Below are positions 1 to 13,300 of a stretch of 64,000 nt of DNA, one piece after another. Location: NCBI RefSeq assembly GCF_964204645.1, contig NC_134027.1, positions 5,922,485 to 5,986,484 on the forward strand. The letters are read 5' to 3'. Made by a program: the position numbers and the translations under genes. Each line of letters opens with the position of its first letter. Position 1 is the stretch's first letter. Origin of the DNA: Tubulanus polymorphus. Lineage: Eukaryota; Animalia; Nemertea. Under the pieces are notes generated by a model that searched no databases, was not told where the DNA came from, and saw nothing but the letters and a program-made list of their open reading frames with translations.

Positions 1-1060
1 TTTTTCTCACAAAATGATATGACAATATTCATTTGCGCTCGAATTGGTTTAACAGTTATATATACGAAGAACGGGTATCAGGATTATCGAATATTTTCTG
101 AATTTCGCGTCAATCAAGAGCAAAATCCATGATTTAATCGCCTACCTCTTCCATATCTTATAATCATATGCATATCAAATAGAAGTATACTGCTCTTTGT
201 GTTGCACTGGAGGAAGAAGGTTTTCAAAGCTGAATAGATTCAAAATGTATACAAAGGCCTTTTTATCATAGTCTACCAGCATCTTATCAATTTACTAAAA
301 ATTCAAGAGCTATCAAGAAAATCAAAGTTCTTTTCTCGATTTCTTTTTCAAAATCAGATTTACAGAACATATTCTGATCTTTTTCCAAGCACAATTCCGA
401 ACGGAAAAAGCCTCAACGTGACATTTTATGCATGAACATATTCATTTGATGTACGGGTTTTCAAATTTGATTGAAAGCCGAATAAAAAGAACATCAAAGC
501 ATGCATGAAGAAAACACGTCCTATTTGATGCTCTCCTATTTTCATTCTTTTATATAAAATCATTCCGGGCATATATGAATATATGATTCATCTATTTATT
601 TTTATGTTTTCAGAAATAATTTGCACCTGCTGTATTTTATAGTTGGTTATTCTCGAAAGGAAATGAATCCTACTTATCATTGGCTTAATGTTAATGTAAC
701 GCTGATGGTACATAACGATGAAAATCTCCATTTTCTTAAAGATTGTCGTTAAGTCCAAAGATTGATCGGTGGCAATCAATTTGTCAAATTATGAAATCTG
801 ACCACTTATTTCTTACGCAAGCGCAGTTTATTCGTTTGGTTCGGTAATCAATCATTGGTTGAAAGTCGTATAGAGCGGGGTTCGTGGTATGGATAATTGA
901 CGTAATAACACCTAAAAACACCTGGTGCGTAAATCAACAACGTACTGTTCTCTTGTGTTATCAAACGAAAAAAAAATATTGATTACCCACTGATACCTAA
1001 TTAATTCAACGAATAACACAAATCTAGCAAACTCCAAGAATTTCTTAGCTTCATGAAGTT

Positions 1061-1268
1061 TAAAAGCCCAACATACACACACACACACGACGCAGGGAAA
1101 TATGGAAACGCAGATACACAAAATCAAACATGTTTGATCTCGCAAACGTTGTTTCCCGAAATCATGTTTCTAGTTTCTCGTAAACGCACACGAAACAGGG
1201 AAACACTCGTAAACATGTTTTTTTCTGCTGTTTCCATGTTTCCCTACGTCTTGCGACGTTGGGCTTTA
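1061..1268. mobile_element. MITE-like element with imperfect terminal inverted repeats
   Basis: Left end taaaagcccaac...gacgcagggaaatatggaaacgcaga is the imperfect reverse complement of right end tctgctgtttccatgtttccctacgtc...gttgggcttta; no coding capacity. Confidence 0.6.
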
Positions 1269-4006
1269 TCTGGTTAGTTAAATGCGCTGCAGCAACGGAC
1301 ATATTTAAAAATAGATCGGCATAAGATGATAACTCAATATTCATTATAACATAGATATTCTAAACAATTTACCTCATATTCATTATGCTATCAAGTCGAT
1401 ACAGGATGGTATTTGCTGGGGTAACTCGCGACAAGGCAAACTAATCAACACAAACTATCAGCCTCTGAGTTACTCTGAATAGAAAATGAGAACGTTATTC
1501 GGGATTTTTTCAGATATTCAAATTTGAATGGAAATGTCCAATTAAGCGATATCTGCCCGACTGGAATCATTTAAGACGTCTCGGTATCAGCAGACTTGAC
1601 ATAGATATTCCTTTTTTCACGTTCAATAGGAAACCGTATCGCACTCATTAGCTGTCAACTTGAAAGTTGCTCTTTTAGTTTTAGTGGTTAATAGTTGCTG
1701 CTGCAGGCATATCTTCTCGATTGAATTATCAGTTGATGACAAGGTATGATTTACATTTAATCATTTTTGAAAACAGGACGCGCACGCTATGATTATCTTC
1801 CGCTTTCCGTTAATCTCACTTGCGGCGTATATTCTTTGTGACTAACTTCTGTGATGTTACGTAGCCACGAGGGATGGCACAATCACTCGCGAGACGGATA
1901 GTTTATATAACGAAGACATACACCATCAAACTTAGGCACCTTCCGAAATGCTTTACGATACTATTAGAACATTAACGTACATTGAAATTCCCCACCCAGA
2001 AACATCATATGAAAATAATCTAAAATGATATAATATTTCTCATATTCCGAACATGCATAGCTATTATATATGTTTTATACAGATCACGACGACACGGAAA
2101 ATGTTTTAAGTTATTCTTTTTGATTGCGCACTGTTATTAGCGGAATATTCGATCGGTGGTTGAGGAGCGCCGTATTAAAGGAGGCAGAATAGTTTTGAAT
2201 CATAAAGGGAACAATCATGTTACCTTGCTTACGGACCAAAATGACCAAAATGAGAATGAACACCATTTTAACGGTGTGATAATTCAGAATCCCAGGCTTC
2301 GACAGAATCTGGCTCTGTTCTATATACAAACCCCCTTATTAGGAATATACAGTATATGTATGCATTTATATCGTCGTACGTAATTCAACACTTTTTGCTA
2401 ATATGGGATTATTTTGAGCTCCGACGTAGAGTATTTAGTCTTATATGATTTTCTTGGGAAGTCTTTTTCGCTGGAACTGAATAGAGTCAGACCTGCTTGC
2501 TTTTCTCTCTCCAAATTGCTGTAAATGCCACAGCGTGTAGAAAATGAGCGAAACTGTAATATGAGCTTATCTATAACGATCAAGTGAAAAAAAAAGATTT
2601 AAGAAATGACTCGTCTACCCCTCGTCGGATAAATTACTGATTTAAGCCTACTGATTCGATGCATCATATATGAATATCTATCAGATATAATGAATTTATA
2701 GCAGGCTACCTCCTTCTGAATGGCAATATATTAAGACAAAATTCAAAAAGATGTTTGCTATTTCACGCGGCGGATGCAGTGAAATAACTTGATATTTTTC
2801 TCTTCCAATCTTTGATATCGTCCTATCTACAAAAACTGCGCTAAACGCGAGATGTTTCCCCCATGTGAATAATAATGCATACGATATGAACAATAGGAAA
2901 TTGTAGTCGTAAAATCGTTTCAGTTAATTAACTCTCCACAATGTGGGTATGCACGAGCACCACGAAGAGTATATGTAAAATAAACCCATCAGCTCCTAAA
3001 TAATGAATCAAGATGAATCTATGCAAATGATACTCCTTCCCATTACGAGTGTTATCGAAATCTGCTCGGAGTAGTAGCGAAAAAACGAAAAATAGTTAGT
3101 TGTAAATGTTAGTTGTAGTTACGTGGGATACATTCTATTATTCAACGATGCAAATTGAAGAAAATGTCAAAGTTCGTTTGGTCGACACATATTCGCTTTG
3201 TCTATTTATGGATTCGCCATGTTGTCAAGAACACCAATATCGTAAAGTCACCTTTTGGGGCTGGAAACAGCTAGTCACAAAACATGTCAACATACCTTTC
3301 CAGCTATGATAGCATGTAAAAAGTACGCGCATCAATGATTATTCTATTGCTGGAATAAGGCCGAAAAGAACTCTACATAGTTTAATTTAATCGTGAATGC
3401 TTAACCAAGTCCAACCCATTTGATTGGGACTTATTCAATCAAAAATTCAATCGATGCAATTTGAAAAAACATTTTAGTTTGAAATCATAAGGCTTTCCTT
3501 TCTTCGAAAATTGTGTTTATCTAGTGTAATTCCGCATGGAATTATCTTGTCCTGCGCGTAGTATCATGGTATACACTTTCTGTGATAGATCGTCCTTGGA
3601 GCGTGTTGCGTTATTTCATCAATGATAGCGATTATTTCCATCTAGAAAATGCACACAGTTGACTTCTATGACAGGGTATCATTAATCACGGCTCAATCCT
3701 CTCAGATAGTCAGGATTCAAATATCCTTGCCATTCGGTTGTCATATTGCGTATTAGTTTTGTCAACGCACAAAATGCGCAGGGTGACCAGTAACCTTTTA
3801 AATAAAGATGCCGACTAACATGAAAAATTAGTACGCGAATGTCTTTAGTAGAATTATCGATACTAGAACTGCATGAATCAGAAATATTCCGAAGTATTTA
3901 ATCATCTATGATATATTTTTCACAAAAGGAAACGAAATTTAGACAGAACATGTATTTGCGCTTGTAAAGACGTCAAAACAAAAACGTATTAAAATCTAAT
4001 TAAAAA

Positions 4007-4309
4007 TTCTACCAGTCAGGGGTAATAAGATAAAATCCCACTATTTACAGATTAAAAGAATTTAAAAACAAGAATTTATTTATTAAATCTAAAATATTTA
4101 AAAGACACGACGTTTCGATCTCACCCTAGAGATCATCGTCAGGTGATGATCTCTAGGGTGAGATCGAAACGTCGTGTCTTTTAAATATTTTAGATTTAAT
4201 AAATAAATTCTTGTTTTTGAATTCTTTTAATCTGTAAATAGTGGGATTTTATCTTATTATCCGTTCACCACGTTTGAGTGTGGTCATCGTTCTACCAGTC
4301 AGGGGTAAT
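4007..4309. mobile_element. Penelope-like element (PLE) terminal fragment in fold-back arrangement
   Basis: ~115-bp inverted arms (4023-4137 / 4145-4259, one mismatch seen), a ~30-nt unpaired tail (4260-4289), a 20-bp direct repeat ttctaccagtcaggggtaat at 4007-4026 and 4290-4309, and a hammerhead motif at the centre. Confidence 0.75.
4106..4145 (-). ncRNA. Minimal type I hammerhead ribozyme
   Basis: Minus strand CAC-CUGACGA-U-GAUCUC-uagggu-GAGAUC-GAAAC-GUC-GUG: CUGANGA and GAAA cores, 6-bp stem II, palindromic ACGU stem III, GUC cleavage triplet, CAC/GUG stem I. Confidence 0.8.
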
Positions 4310-7300
4310 TCACTCGCAGTAGGAGGTATTATTCGATTTTCTAATGAGGTGAAAGAAATCATTGTTTCACGAATGTACCAGCTTGATGGTTTCATTCATT
4401 TTATGGACGACACGTAACAACTAAAAATTATGATCAATAAATTGTTTTAGATATTTATAGATCGCAAAAATCATAATTGAATCTCAAGCCAAAAAATAAC
4501 ATAAAATGTTTATCAAAATTTCTACGCAAGACAGTAATCGTTTATTTTGTTATATTTGCCGATTAAATCTAGTGCTTCATGTTTCGAAAAAGTTGGAACT
4601 ATTACGGTGCTTTTGAAAATATTCCTATTTTCCAATGATCTCTATGGATTTGTCGAGCTGAAAAATGCATTAAATACTCACCATTACGCGAAGATTTAAT
4701 CTATTTGATTCATTCCAGCTCAACCGAGTCAGATTCTATTTTCTCATGGATGTTAATCTTGATGTTATAATGATTGCTAAATCCATAGCTGAAAAAATCG
4801 GTGATTTTCAATTCTGCGACGTCGATTCTTCATTTATTTATAGTGCTTGTTCGTTCGGAAGGATAAGATGGTCTAACCGTTGTTTAATAGTCTGATTACA
4901 AGGTACACAACACGCTCACGGAGAAAAAATAACGGAATCCACGCATTCGGCTTATCGTTTAGCTGTATTCCCTAGTGGAAATCCGTGTTCTTTTTAGCCC
5001 GGCGCTCGCGAAAATAAAGCTGCTTATCAGAGAGTCGGCTTAGCTAAACATATCGAGGATCCCTGAAAAACTAAATATTTTCGTTTCACTGAAGAAATCT
5101 CACACGTCATCCATTATCAGCGCAAATTGCGAGTGTTGAGTACGAACAACTTCGCAGCCTTTAGCGCATCCGCCGCCGCTATGACATTCGCATCGACTGA
5201 AACTTGGCGCGCTGTTTGTAGTTGTAGTGTCCCCGTGACGTCATGTCTACTACGTAAAATCATCTGCCGCGACGCTAGTACGCCACAGTCAATCGCCTTG
5301 GTTTATTTGCAAAAAGAAAGCATGGGTTAGTTCCGTAAAGATTTAAACGACTGGGTTATATACCATTACTCTGTGCTTCTATTTTTGATTTGCCACTGAA
5401 CGATTCTAATCAAATCAGATTTTGTATGATAAACTCTCGCCGCTGAAATCTTCAATTAGACGATAATCGATTATTTTTTTCTGCGTTAATCATCGTTCGT
5501 AACAGTCGCCGAATTCATTTGATACAAAACAGTTGAAAGGGCATCTAATAATCTAAAACGGTCTGTAGTGTAGAAATGGTAGGAAACTTCATCCCTAAAG
5601 GAATAGTATTTTATATCCGATAGGATCAATATATGTACACTTACTTTCATCTAATCGAACAAAGCTTCGTGCTTAGAACCTATGTCATGTGCCGTTTACA
5701 ATTCAGGCTTGTTCGTGGCATACGCATTGACTCCCTAGTCTGACATTTCAAAATATGTAACAGTAAAATCAACTGGTGATGTTGTCACCCGCTGTCGTGT
5801 ATTTGTCATAATCGACAATTAACACGGTACAGATGTTTCGGAAATTCATGATTGAGTAGACCGCATAGTTTCAGCGAAAACCGATGTCAATTGAATGGAA
5901 CGAATTTATCTTCGTCCCAACAGCTGTCAAATGACATACAATGCGCAATAAAGTTGAACTTAATCGAATATGAATTTATGCTCAAAACAAAGCTCGTACT
6001 TTCTTCCGGCGCAATTTTTACATAATATCTTTTTTTAAGTACAACTTGTTTATGAAGCGGTAAAAACTGCTACAAAAATGCTTTTACATATTGATAACTA
6101 CTGCGTTATTCAAGTGGTAGTGTGTGAGTCGATGTTCACTACGTCATCAATATCGGCGATTATATATTCAGTATTGTCGATGTATTAAATATCAAAATAA
6201 TTTCATTGATCCTTAATTTATATCATTTATATCATGTTATACATTGTCGACAATGCAATGTATGAATTTTTGTAGGCGTAATTAACATTCAAGTTAGTTT
6301 TATTTGTTCTACAATAAACGTCTAGGAGTTTTAAACACCAAACTCATAATGGCTATCCGACAAAAATTCTAATTCGACCCTCAAAGTCGCCTCAATGAAG
6401 CGCATCATGTGATACATCTCTCCACACGTTTGCCATCCTTCCACGCTCATAAACGTTTCTATATATAGTCTTGTATAGGCTAATAATATGATACGGACGA
6501 AACTTATAATTGGTATGATTATCTGTCTAGTCAAATGTCACCAATAAGTCACCCAAATAGCGAAGGCGGTGAAAGAACATTTTACGTAATACGACGGGAA
6601 ACAGATTATGACGATAAGATGCAACTTCGCTGAGATTGTGACAACGTTCAATTCTAACCCGGCACCAGTTTAACAGGGTGAACATCTGTGTATCTACCGC
6701 GGCCTATTATGTTTTAACATTCGCGTAATAGATTTTTACACCGCAATAATGACAATCAGGACATCTCAGCTAACTGGTCTTTCTTGGCCGATTTTTTTTT
6801 GTAGGATACGTAAGTGTTTAATTAAGGAACCGTTTGTTGCCATCTCAGTGTTACAGCCCTGGATTCATCATTTCCATCTGCATTTAAAAATCAACACCTC
6901 TACACCATAAGTAACGTCTTAGCAGTGTTGGATTATCATTGTCTGAATAATCACTATCTGATACTATTGGATGATCTAAGTGCGCGCACAACTGGGCGAA
7001 TTCTAAGGAAAAACAATGTATATGATATCATATTTTACAAAATTATAATTGTAATTTATAATTCGTATTTCTAGATTAAATATCGGAAAATCGATGAGAA
7101 TAGGAAGATATTGTTCAATGATTCATTAGATATTCTAGTCATGTAATAAGATCACACGAAACATCGGATTTTCCATCGAAAATTCACTTCAAATCTCTCT
7201 TCGAATCATTGTTTTGCACACGTTTTTTGAGAGCGCAATATTTTGTATGGATAGAATGATCCGCGATTGACGTAAGTCCAAACGACAGCGCGTGTCTATA

Positions 7301-10182
7301 ACATATCTTAGATGGAATAGATTAATAAACAGATCAATCATCGGCGGAATGAATGCACTGGACATAGCCCGACGAACAGCTTTTTACGGGTGAAGGAGCT
7401 AAAAGCTGTTCGGTACATTGTGTAGCAAGACATTCGGAGGGATGCAGTGTCCTTGTATTGACATGGGCCGAACCATTGTACCATGGATATGTTATTAATC
7501 TATCTGCAGAATCCTTAGGGAACCAAGCATTTAGTCTTGTAGACTTTTTTTATAAGTCCACAGTTATCGTTCCGTGAACAATAAAGCCATTAACTGTGCT
7601 CTTACCATTAAAGTTCGACTCCTAACCCAGGCCCTTATTTGGGAATTTGATCACGGTTCGGAGTATCATTGAAACGTCGTGAATATGTCAATTAACCATC
7701 ACCGAAGATAGTTACTCCAGTAATTGAGATGGTGCACACTCGACCCGAATTGAATCATTCTGTTATCGGATTGTTGACACGAGTCTAATGCTATACAAGC
7801 TGAAATCAACGCAGAAATTGAAACATCAATTATTAAAGATATTTCTACACGGCAGCATCCTGACGAAAATTAAATTAATCTTTTTTTGTGCCTCCCTCAA
7901 ACAAAGTTACTTACAGAAAATCATTTTTTTATCGTGCAGAAAAATGGGCGCTGTCGAGAAAAATTATCAATTTAAACAGAAATTATTCTCTGTGTGATTT
8001 TTTTTGCACAGAAAATCATTTTCTATCAAAATGATTATGTGTCTTGGATCTACAAAAAAAGATTTCACGCTTTCGACGCTAGCAATGGATTCACTACATG
8101 AGAATTATAAAAACTAAAAATGCATTTCTGCAAATCCTGTTCTTTTTACGTACAGCAAAACAATATTTGGGGAGACTTGCATTTAAGATTATTGTACTAT
8201 AAGTTTATTTGGGTTTGTCATATTTCTGACATGAATTGTCCATGTTACATATCCGTAACATGGACAACATGGACAATTCGTTCGGGCTTAATGCTGCAAA
8301 CTTGTCACCGAGGATCAGAAAGTAATTTAGCTTGACACGTGGATCAAAACGATTTGCGACCGTCGAGTTCCCAGTAAGCAGTGGTCAATATTTTCGTGAG
8401 TAGACGAGGCCACTTTCGATGTCCTTGCTATTGTAAGCACAGTGAGCGTTAGGGCCAAATTGGCAATCTTGTCTAATTACGCTTAGTTCTCGGTATATCC
8501 CAGTTGGGCGTCAAGTGATGCGCAGTGAATGAGAAACAGTGGCAATATGCACTTCTCTCCACAGTAATGGACCGAATAGTCCCTCGATCGTCATCGTGCA
8601 AAAACACATTTCCCGACGCATTTTCTTTGTTACTGCAAGCATTACTGATATTACCTACAATAAACGGTCGAAATAGTGACAAATCTCCATGTGGAAGTAC
8701 ACGTGGAGGAAGAGCCATTCGTGGCGGCAGAATCTCTATATAGCAATAAGACTAGATAGGAAAATCAATTTTTGTTTTCCTGAAAGATTTTCTCTGATGG
8801 GTCATTCCAAAAACCAACTAGATGAGACATCAAATAATAGTGCTGTTCGGTGAAACGACATTAGATCCAGTAGACACGACAGTCAAAGGTTTAATTTAGT
8901 ATCTTCTTTCAAACCGTTTGGATGATAGATCTTGGTCACGAACAAAGTACAAGAAATTACATCCGCAGTAAGTTGATCTTCAAACCAGCCATGTGGTAAG
9001 CCCGCGTCGGATACAAACAATCGTCACGATGTCAAAGGTGGTCACAAAGTCGAAAGTCAAAGAATCTTCTTTCAAACAAAACAATTCGACAAATCATGCG
9101 TCCGTATTTAGCGAATTATAAAGTTTGTGCGGACATTGATGGTTATTGCTGATGCACGATGAGAAGATGAAGTCATCGACCACGAGTGAACATGGTTAAA
9201 ATGTCAGTTTTATTTACCGTAATAAACCCGTCGATGTAGAGTGATTACGTAGAGATATGAATCCGTCTAATGACTATCGTGTTGATGAGTTACGGGTCGT
9301 CAATAAACATCCTTCCCGCCGGATGCATGTTACAGTGATTTACGGGTAAGTGATTGTCGCGTGAGTGCGATGCTTGGATTATGTAAAGTAAGATTAGCGG
9401 GCCGATAAATGACGATATCTGTGCCAGCGCATATAGATGATGATGCTCGCGCGTTCAACAACATTCCTCGCACATGCATCTCCCTCGGGTGATTATCGAA
9501 AGTCGACGAGCGTCGATGACTACGGAAAACTCCGTATTCTTAATCGGAAGAAATGATCGTGGAACGACGAACGTGTACAGATTCGGTAACAATGATCCTT
9601 TTTTCTCTACGACATTGTACTTACCTGGAACAATATATGGAAAACCATCGAAGACATGGTAAGAGCCAACCACATAACCGTTAAATAGAATAGGATTAGC
9701 AGAAGTTAGACCGATAGTTATGTTAGAAAATATCATAATCAATTCGACCAAAAATGTCAGCATGATCCGCCACAAATTGTCCGCTCGATCGATTATTACC
9801 ACCATCGGTTGTACAAACATTTCCTTCTCGATGTCATTCATAACATCATCCCGTATTCAAAGCATACCATCTATTCCATCACTTTTATTGCTGTTTACCG
9901 TTCGAAAATGCCAGCAATTGCGCTCAGGTCACCGGAACCCGTGCAGTGTATGACCGGAAGGTATCTCGACTGGCGGCGATGCGATATTTATAAACGAGAG
10001 TTTTTTAAGTACAATAAGAATAAATAAACAAATATAATACACACAGAAATTAGAATATGGTTAAAAAAATCTTGATTTTCGATTTGAAACTTGGCTGTAT
10101 ACAGGACCACAGCTGTGTGGAACAGGTGGTTGATTCTTTGAACATTTTGTACTGAAATCTGTAAGCTAGAGTAGTAGCATAG

Positions 10183-10371
10183 CCACACTCAAAAGTGGAG
10201 AATAGAATGTAAATGAAAAATCAAAGTTTGAAATTTGCAAAATTGCAAAAGTTTCAAAATCAAGATTTATTATTGGAAAAGCAAAAAAAAACTGAGGCCA
10301 CGACGTTTCGAATTCTCACTAGAGATCATTGTCAAGTGTGTAGATCTCTAGTGAGTGTTCGAAACGTCGTG
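10183..10371 (-). mobile_element. PLE terminal fragment with short fold-back and variant hammerhead
   Basis: Inverted arms 10299-10327 / 10343-10371. Minus-strand tail ttctccacttttgagtgtgg (10183-10202) resembles the tail ttcaccacgtttgagtgtgg of the 4007-4309 element. Confidence 0.65.
10299..10338 (-). ncRNA. Minimal hammerhead ribozyme, U3-A8 core variant
   Basis: Minus strand CAC-UUGACAA-U-GAUCUC-uagu-GAGAAUUC-GAAAC-GUC-GUG; C3/G8 replaced together by U3/A8. Confidence 0.6.
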
Positions 10372-13300
10372 CCATCGGTTTCTGATTTTAAGAATAGTAA
10401 GAATAATGAGAATCGATTGGTCTAAAGGAAGGAATGGTGGGTGATGATACTTCGGTAAAATGACTTATCATATCCGGGTATTTATCTCTCAAAGCGCATT
10501 AATTACTATCACGAGGGAGCTTAAGTAGAAAAGTGTTTTGCCGTAGCGTGTCCGATTACATCTCAAAACCATTAATAAAACATTTTCCTCGAAACTTATG
10601 CGTCTCGACGGGAAAAGAACGTGGTTGGTTATAATCGCACGTTTCCGCGTTAAAGTATCAGAAGGTGGGAGACTTCTGCTGTCTTAACGATGGAAACATA
10701 AAAAGGATATTCTAACTGTCCCTGGTTGACGCTTAGCTCAGCAGTTCGGGGGTATTTAAGAGATGCTTTATTCAACGTCTTCTGCATCAATGTCATCGCT
10801 TTCAATGACAGGGATGCAGAAAGAAGTCCGCCGCACACTAAATAATAACACATTTTGATCGTATCGAGAGTACGTGTATTCATTTCTACACTCGCTACAA
10901 TTCACTAACTAGAACTAGAACTACCGACAAATTACTGAAATTATTATTTCATATGTGCCCCTTTTCTCGAATGCACAACTCTTGGCCTACATGGGTCGAA
11001 ATGTCCATTCTAGAATACGTACTATGGACGAAATGTTCGTGGTTTGAAATGATGTCGAAGATCAATGAACAGAAAATGCACGGTAAAAGATAATGGTGAA
11101 TTCTATCACAGCTGAAATGAATGTGATGACAGTTCCGTGTGACAAGAAAATATTACCTCGTATCGGTTGAAACGAACAAAAACCTAGTCAAAGGTTTGAA
11201 GCAATTCAAAGCTGTTCGTCGATACGGCTGAAAAATCTTTTTAATTTGTATCAGTCGTGAGCTTTTCGATACAAAGCCCACCGGATTTATTCGATAACAG
11301 ACGCTTCTTTTGCGTGCTGGAATTAGGCAAGTGCATCTGTGACATTTAGAACAGCCGCAGTTTTCGACTTTTTTAATATCATGTGCAAAATTCCAACATG
11401 TCGTTTCACGAATGCGTGTATATTTAGTATTAACGCTAAATAGATTCGCCGAAAAAGTTGATCATTTTGATGCGTTTATCCAACATGTCCCAGCAGCAGA
11501 TATCATTGTTTTAATCTCCTCTTGTATTCCTTTGACAGCTCCATTTTTCTCAACGAACAAACAGAGAGCAGTCGATACGAAACACAATTGAATATTCTCT
11601 CCCCTTGCCCGTGTATGATGTGGTTGTTCTATTAGCAGCTACGAAAACATAAATAACCGTTAACAAGCAAAACATCTTGTAGGCTTGGAGGAGATTTTTC
11701 ATTGAGAGAAAAATTAGTAGTTGCTAATATTCTGTCGGATATCAATTTATAGAACTGACGATAACAGACTCTTAGAAAACACATCAAAAAGGGCCCTGCA
11801 TGTCGGGACCGAGCTAAACCATAACAGATTAAGTATTTTATGATAATGTTCCCCCGCCAAATTATTGATGTCAGCCTCGCGGGGCATACGAGTTTCGATA
11901 GAACTGCCGTCGTTTTATAGTGTCTAGCCTTTAGGGATCGTCCGTGAAAATTGTATTTCGATGAACAGGTCGCGAAGAACCTGTGAAAATGGATATCAAG
12001 GAAAGTGGTACTGACTTAATCAAAAAATAACAAAGCGACCGTATTTTCTTCGTATGTCTAGGACTTTGGGCATTGAGGAACCAATTTTCTGTGTCTGCCT
12101 CGATAAATCAATCATCGATATTCTATCAGTAAATTGAATTTCTACGCGAAATTGAAATTATGCACTTCACGATCCGCCGTTAATATTTTTAAAAGCCGAG
12201 ACTTGTTCTGGCGATTATCTCACAAGGTGGAATCGGCGTTTAACTTCGAGGGATGAATCGGTAGTTTAGACTGTGATAAAAAATGAAGTCGGTAATTCCT
12301 TGGGCAAAAATGGAGACGTATCATGACTTAAAATTCATACTTGTAACAGTGTTCAAGTTCATATTGAAGATTGAATGAATTAATGTTTTGTTGAATATTT
12401 CGTATCTGATCGAAAGGCGTTACGGCGTGCGTATAAGCCCGTCGATAAAATGCATTAAAGAAAAAAGAAAAAATATCTAATTCTGACAGACGACCAAGGG
12501 CATTTATCCCGTAACTGAGTTCACATGCGTTCATCCATTTATTAATGATTTATTCGTTACAATATTCTTGGAAATAAGTAGCCATTTTCGCGGTAAGTTG
12601 ATAATAAGAATGATAAGAAGAAATGGTGCCTTGCACATGATGAAGAGAAGTCTGGCCATCATATTAAAGTACTGTTTTAGTGTGGAGTGAGTGAGAAATA
12701 ACCAACAAGAGACAGCACAATAGCGCGTGACTTGAATTCCAACATGGGATATTTTCAGACTTATCACAACCGGCAGAATTCTGACAGATATTACATAACC
12801 TACTTGATTAAGATCGTGCTGATCGACATTCAAAGAGTAGAAAATATTGAATATTTCGGATACATATAATACATCAAACTTGATTAATGAAATGTAAATA
12901 CATTTATATATAGAATTGGAAAACATTCTTGAGATATAAAGATCACAGAGACGGTAAAATCGCTATAGTGTTCTATCCAGGTTGATACGTTTCGGTATGA
13001 AAGGTTTCCTGACTTCCTCGCACACCGTGATATTTCTATACGCGGTGTTCGGTTTCCAATTAAGTCGGTTATTTACAGTAAGGGGTGTTGTGCGTCGATA
13101 GATTTCACATTAACAATGAACCAACATCGGTTATCTCAGGCCTGTCAATATTTCATACGATATAATCTAAGATCAACACGATCAAATATCTTGAAAACAA
13201 ATTTATCTGGAATATTCTGCCAGATAGACCCACGCAAAAACAAATATTATTTCTCGTGTAATGGGAATATATGATTCACAAAATGAATTTTATTAATGAA

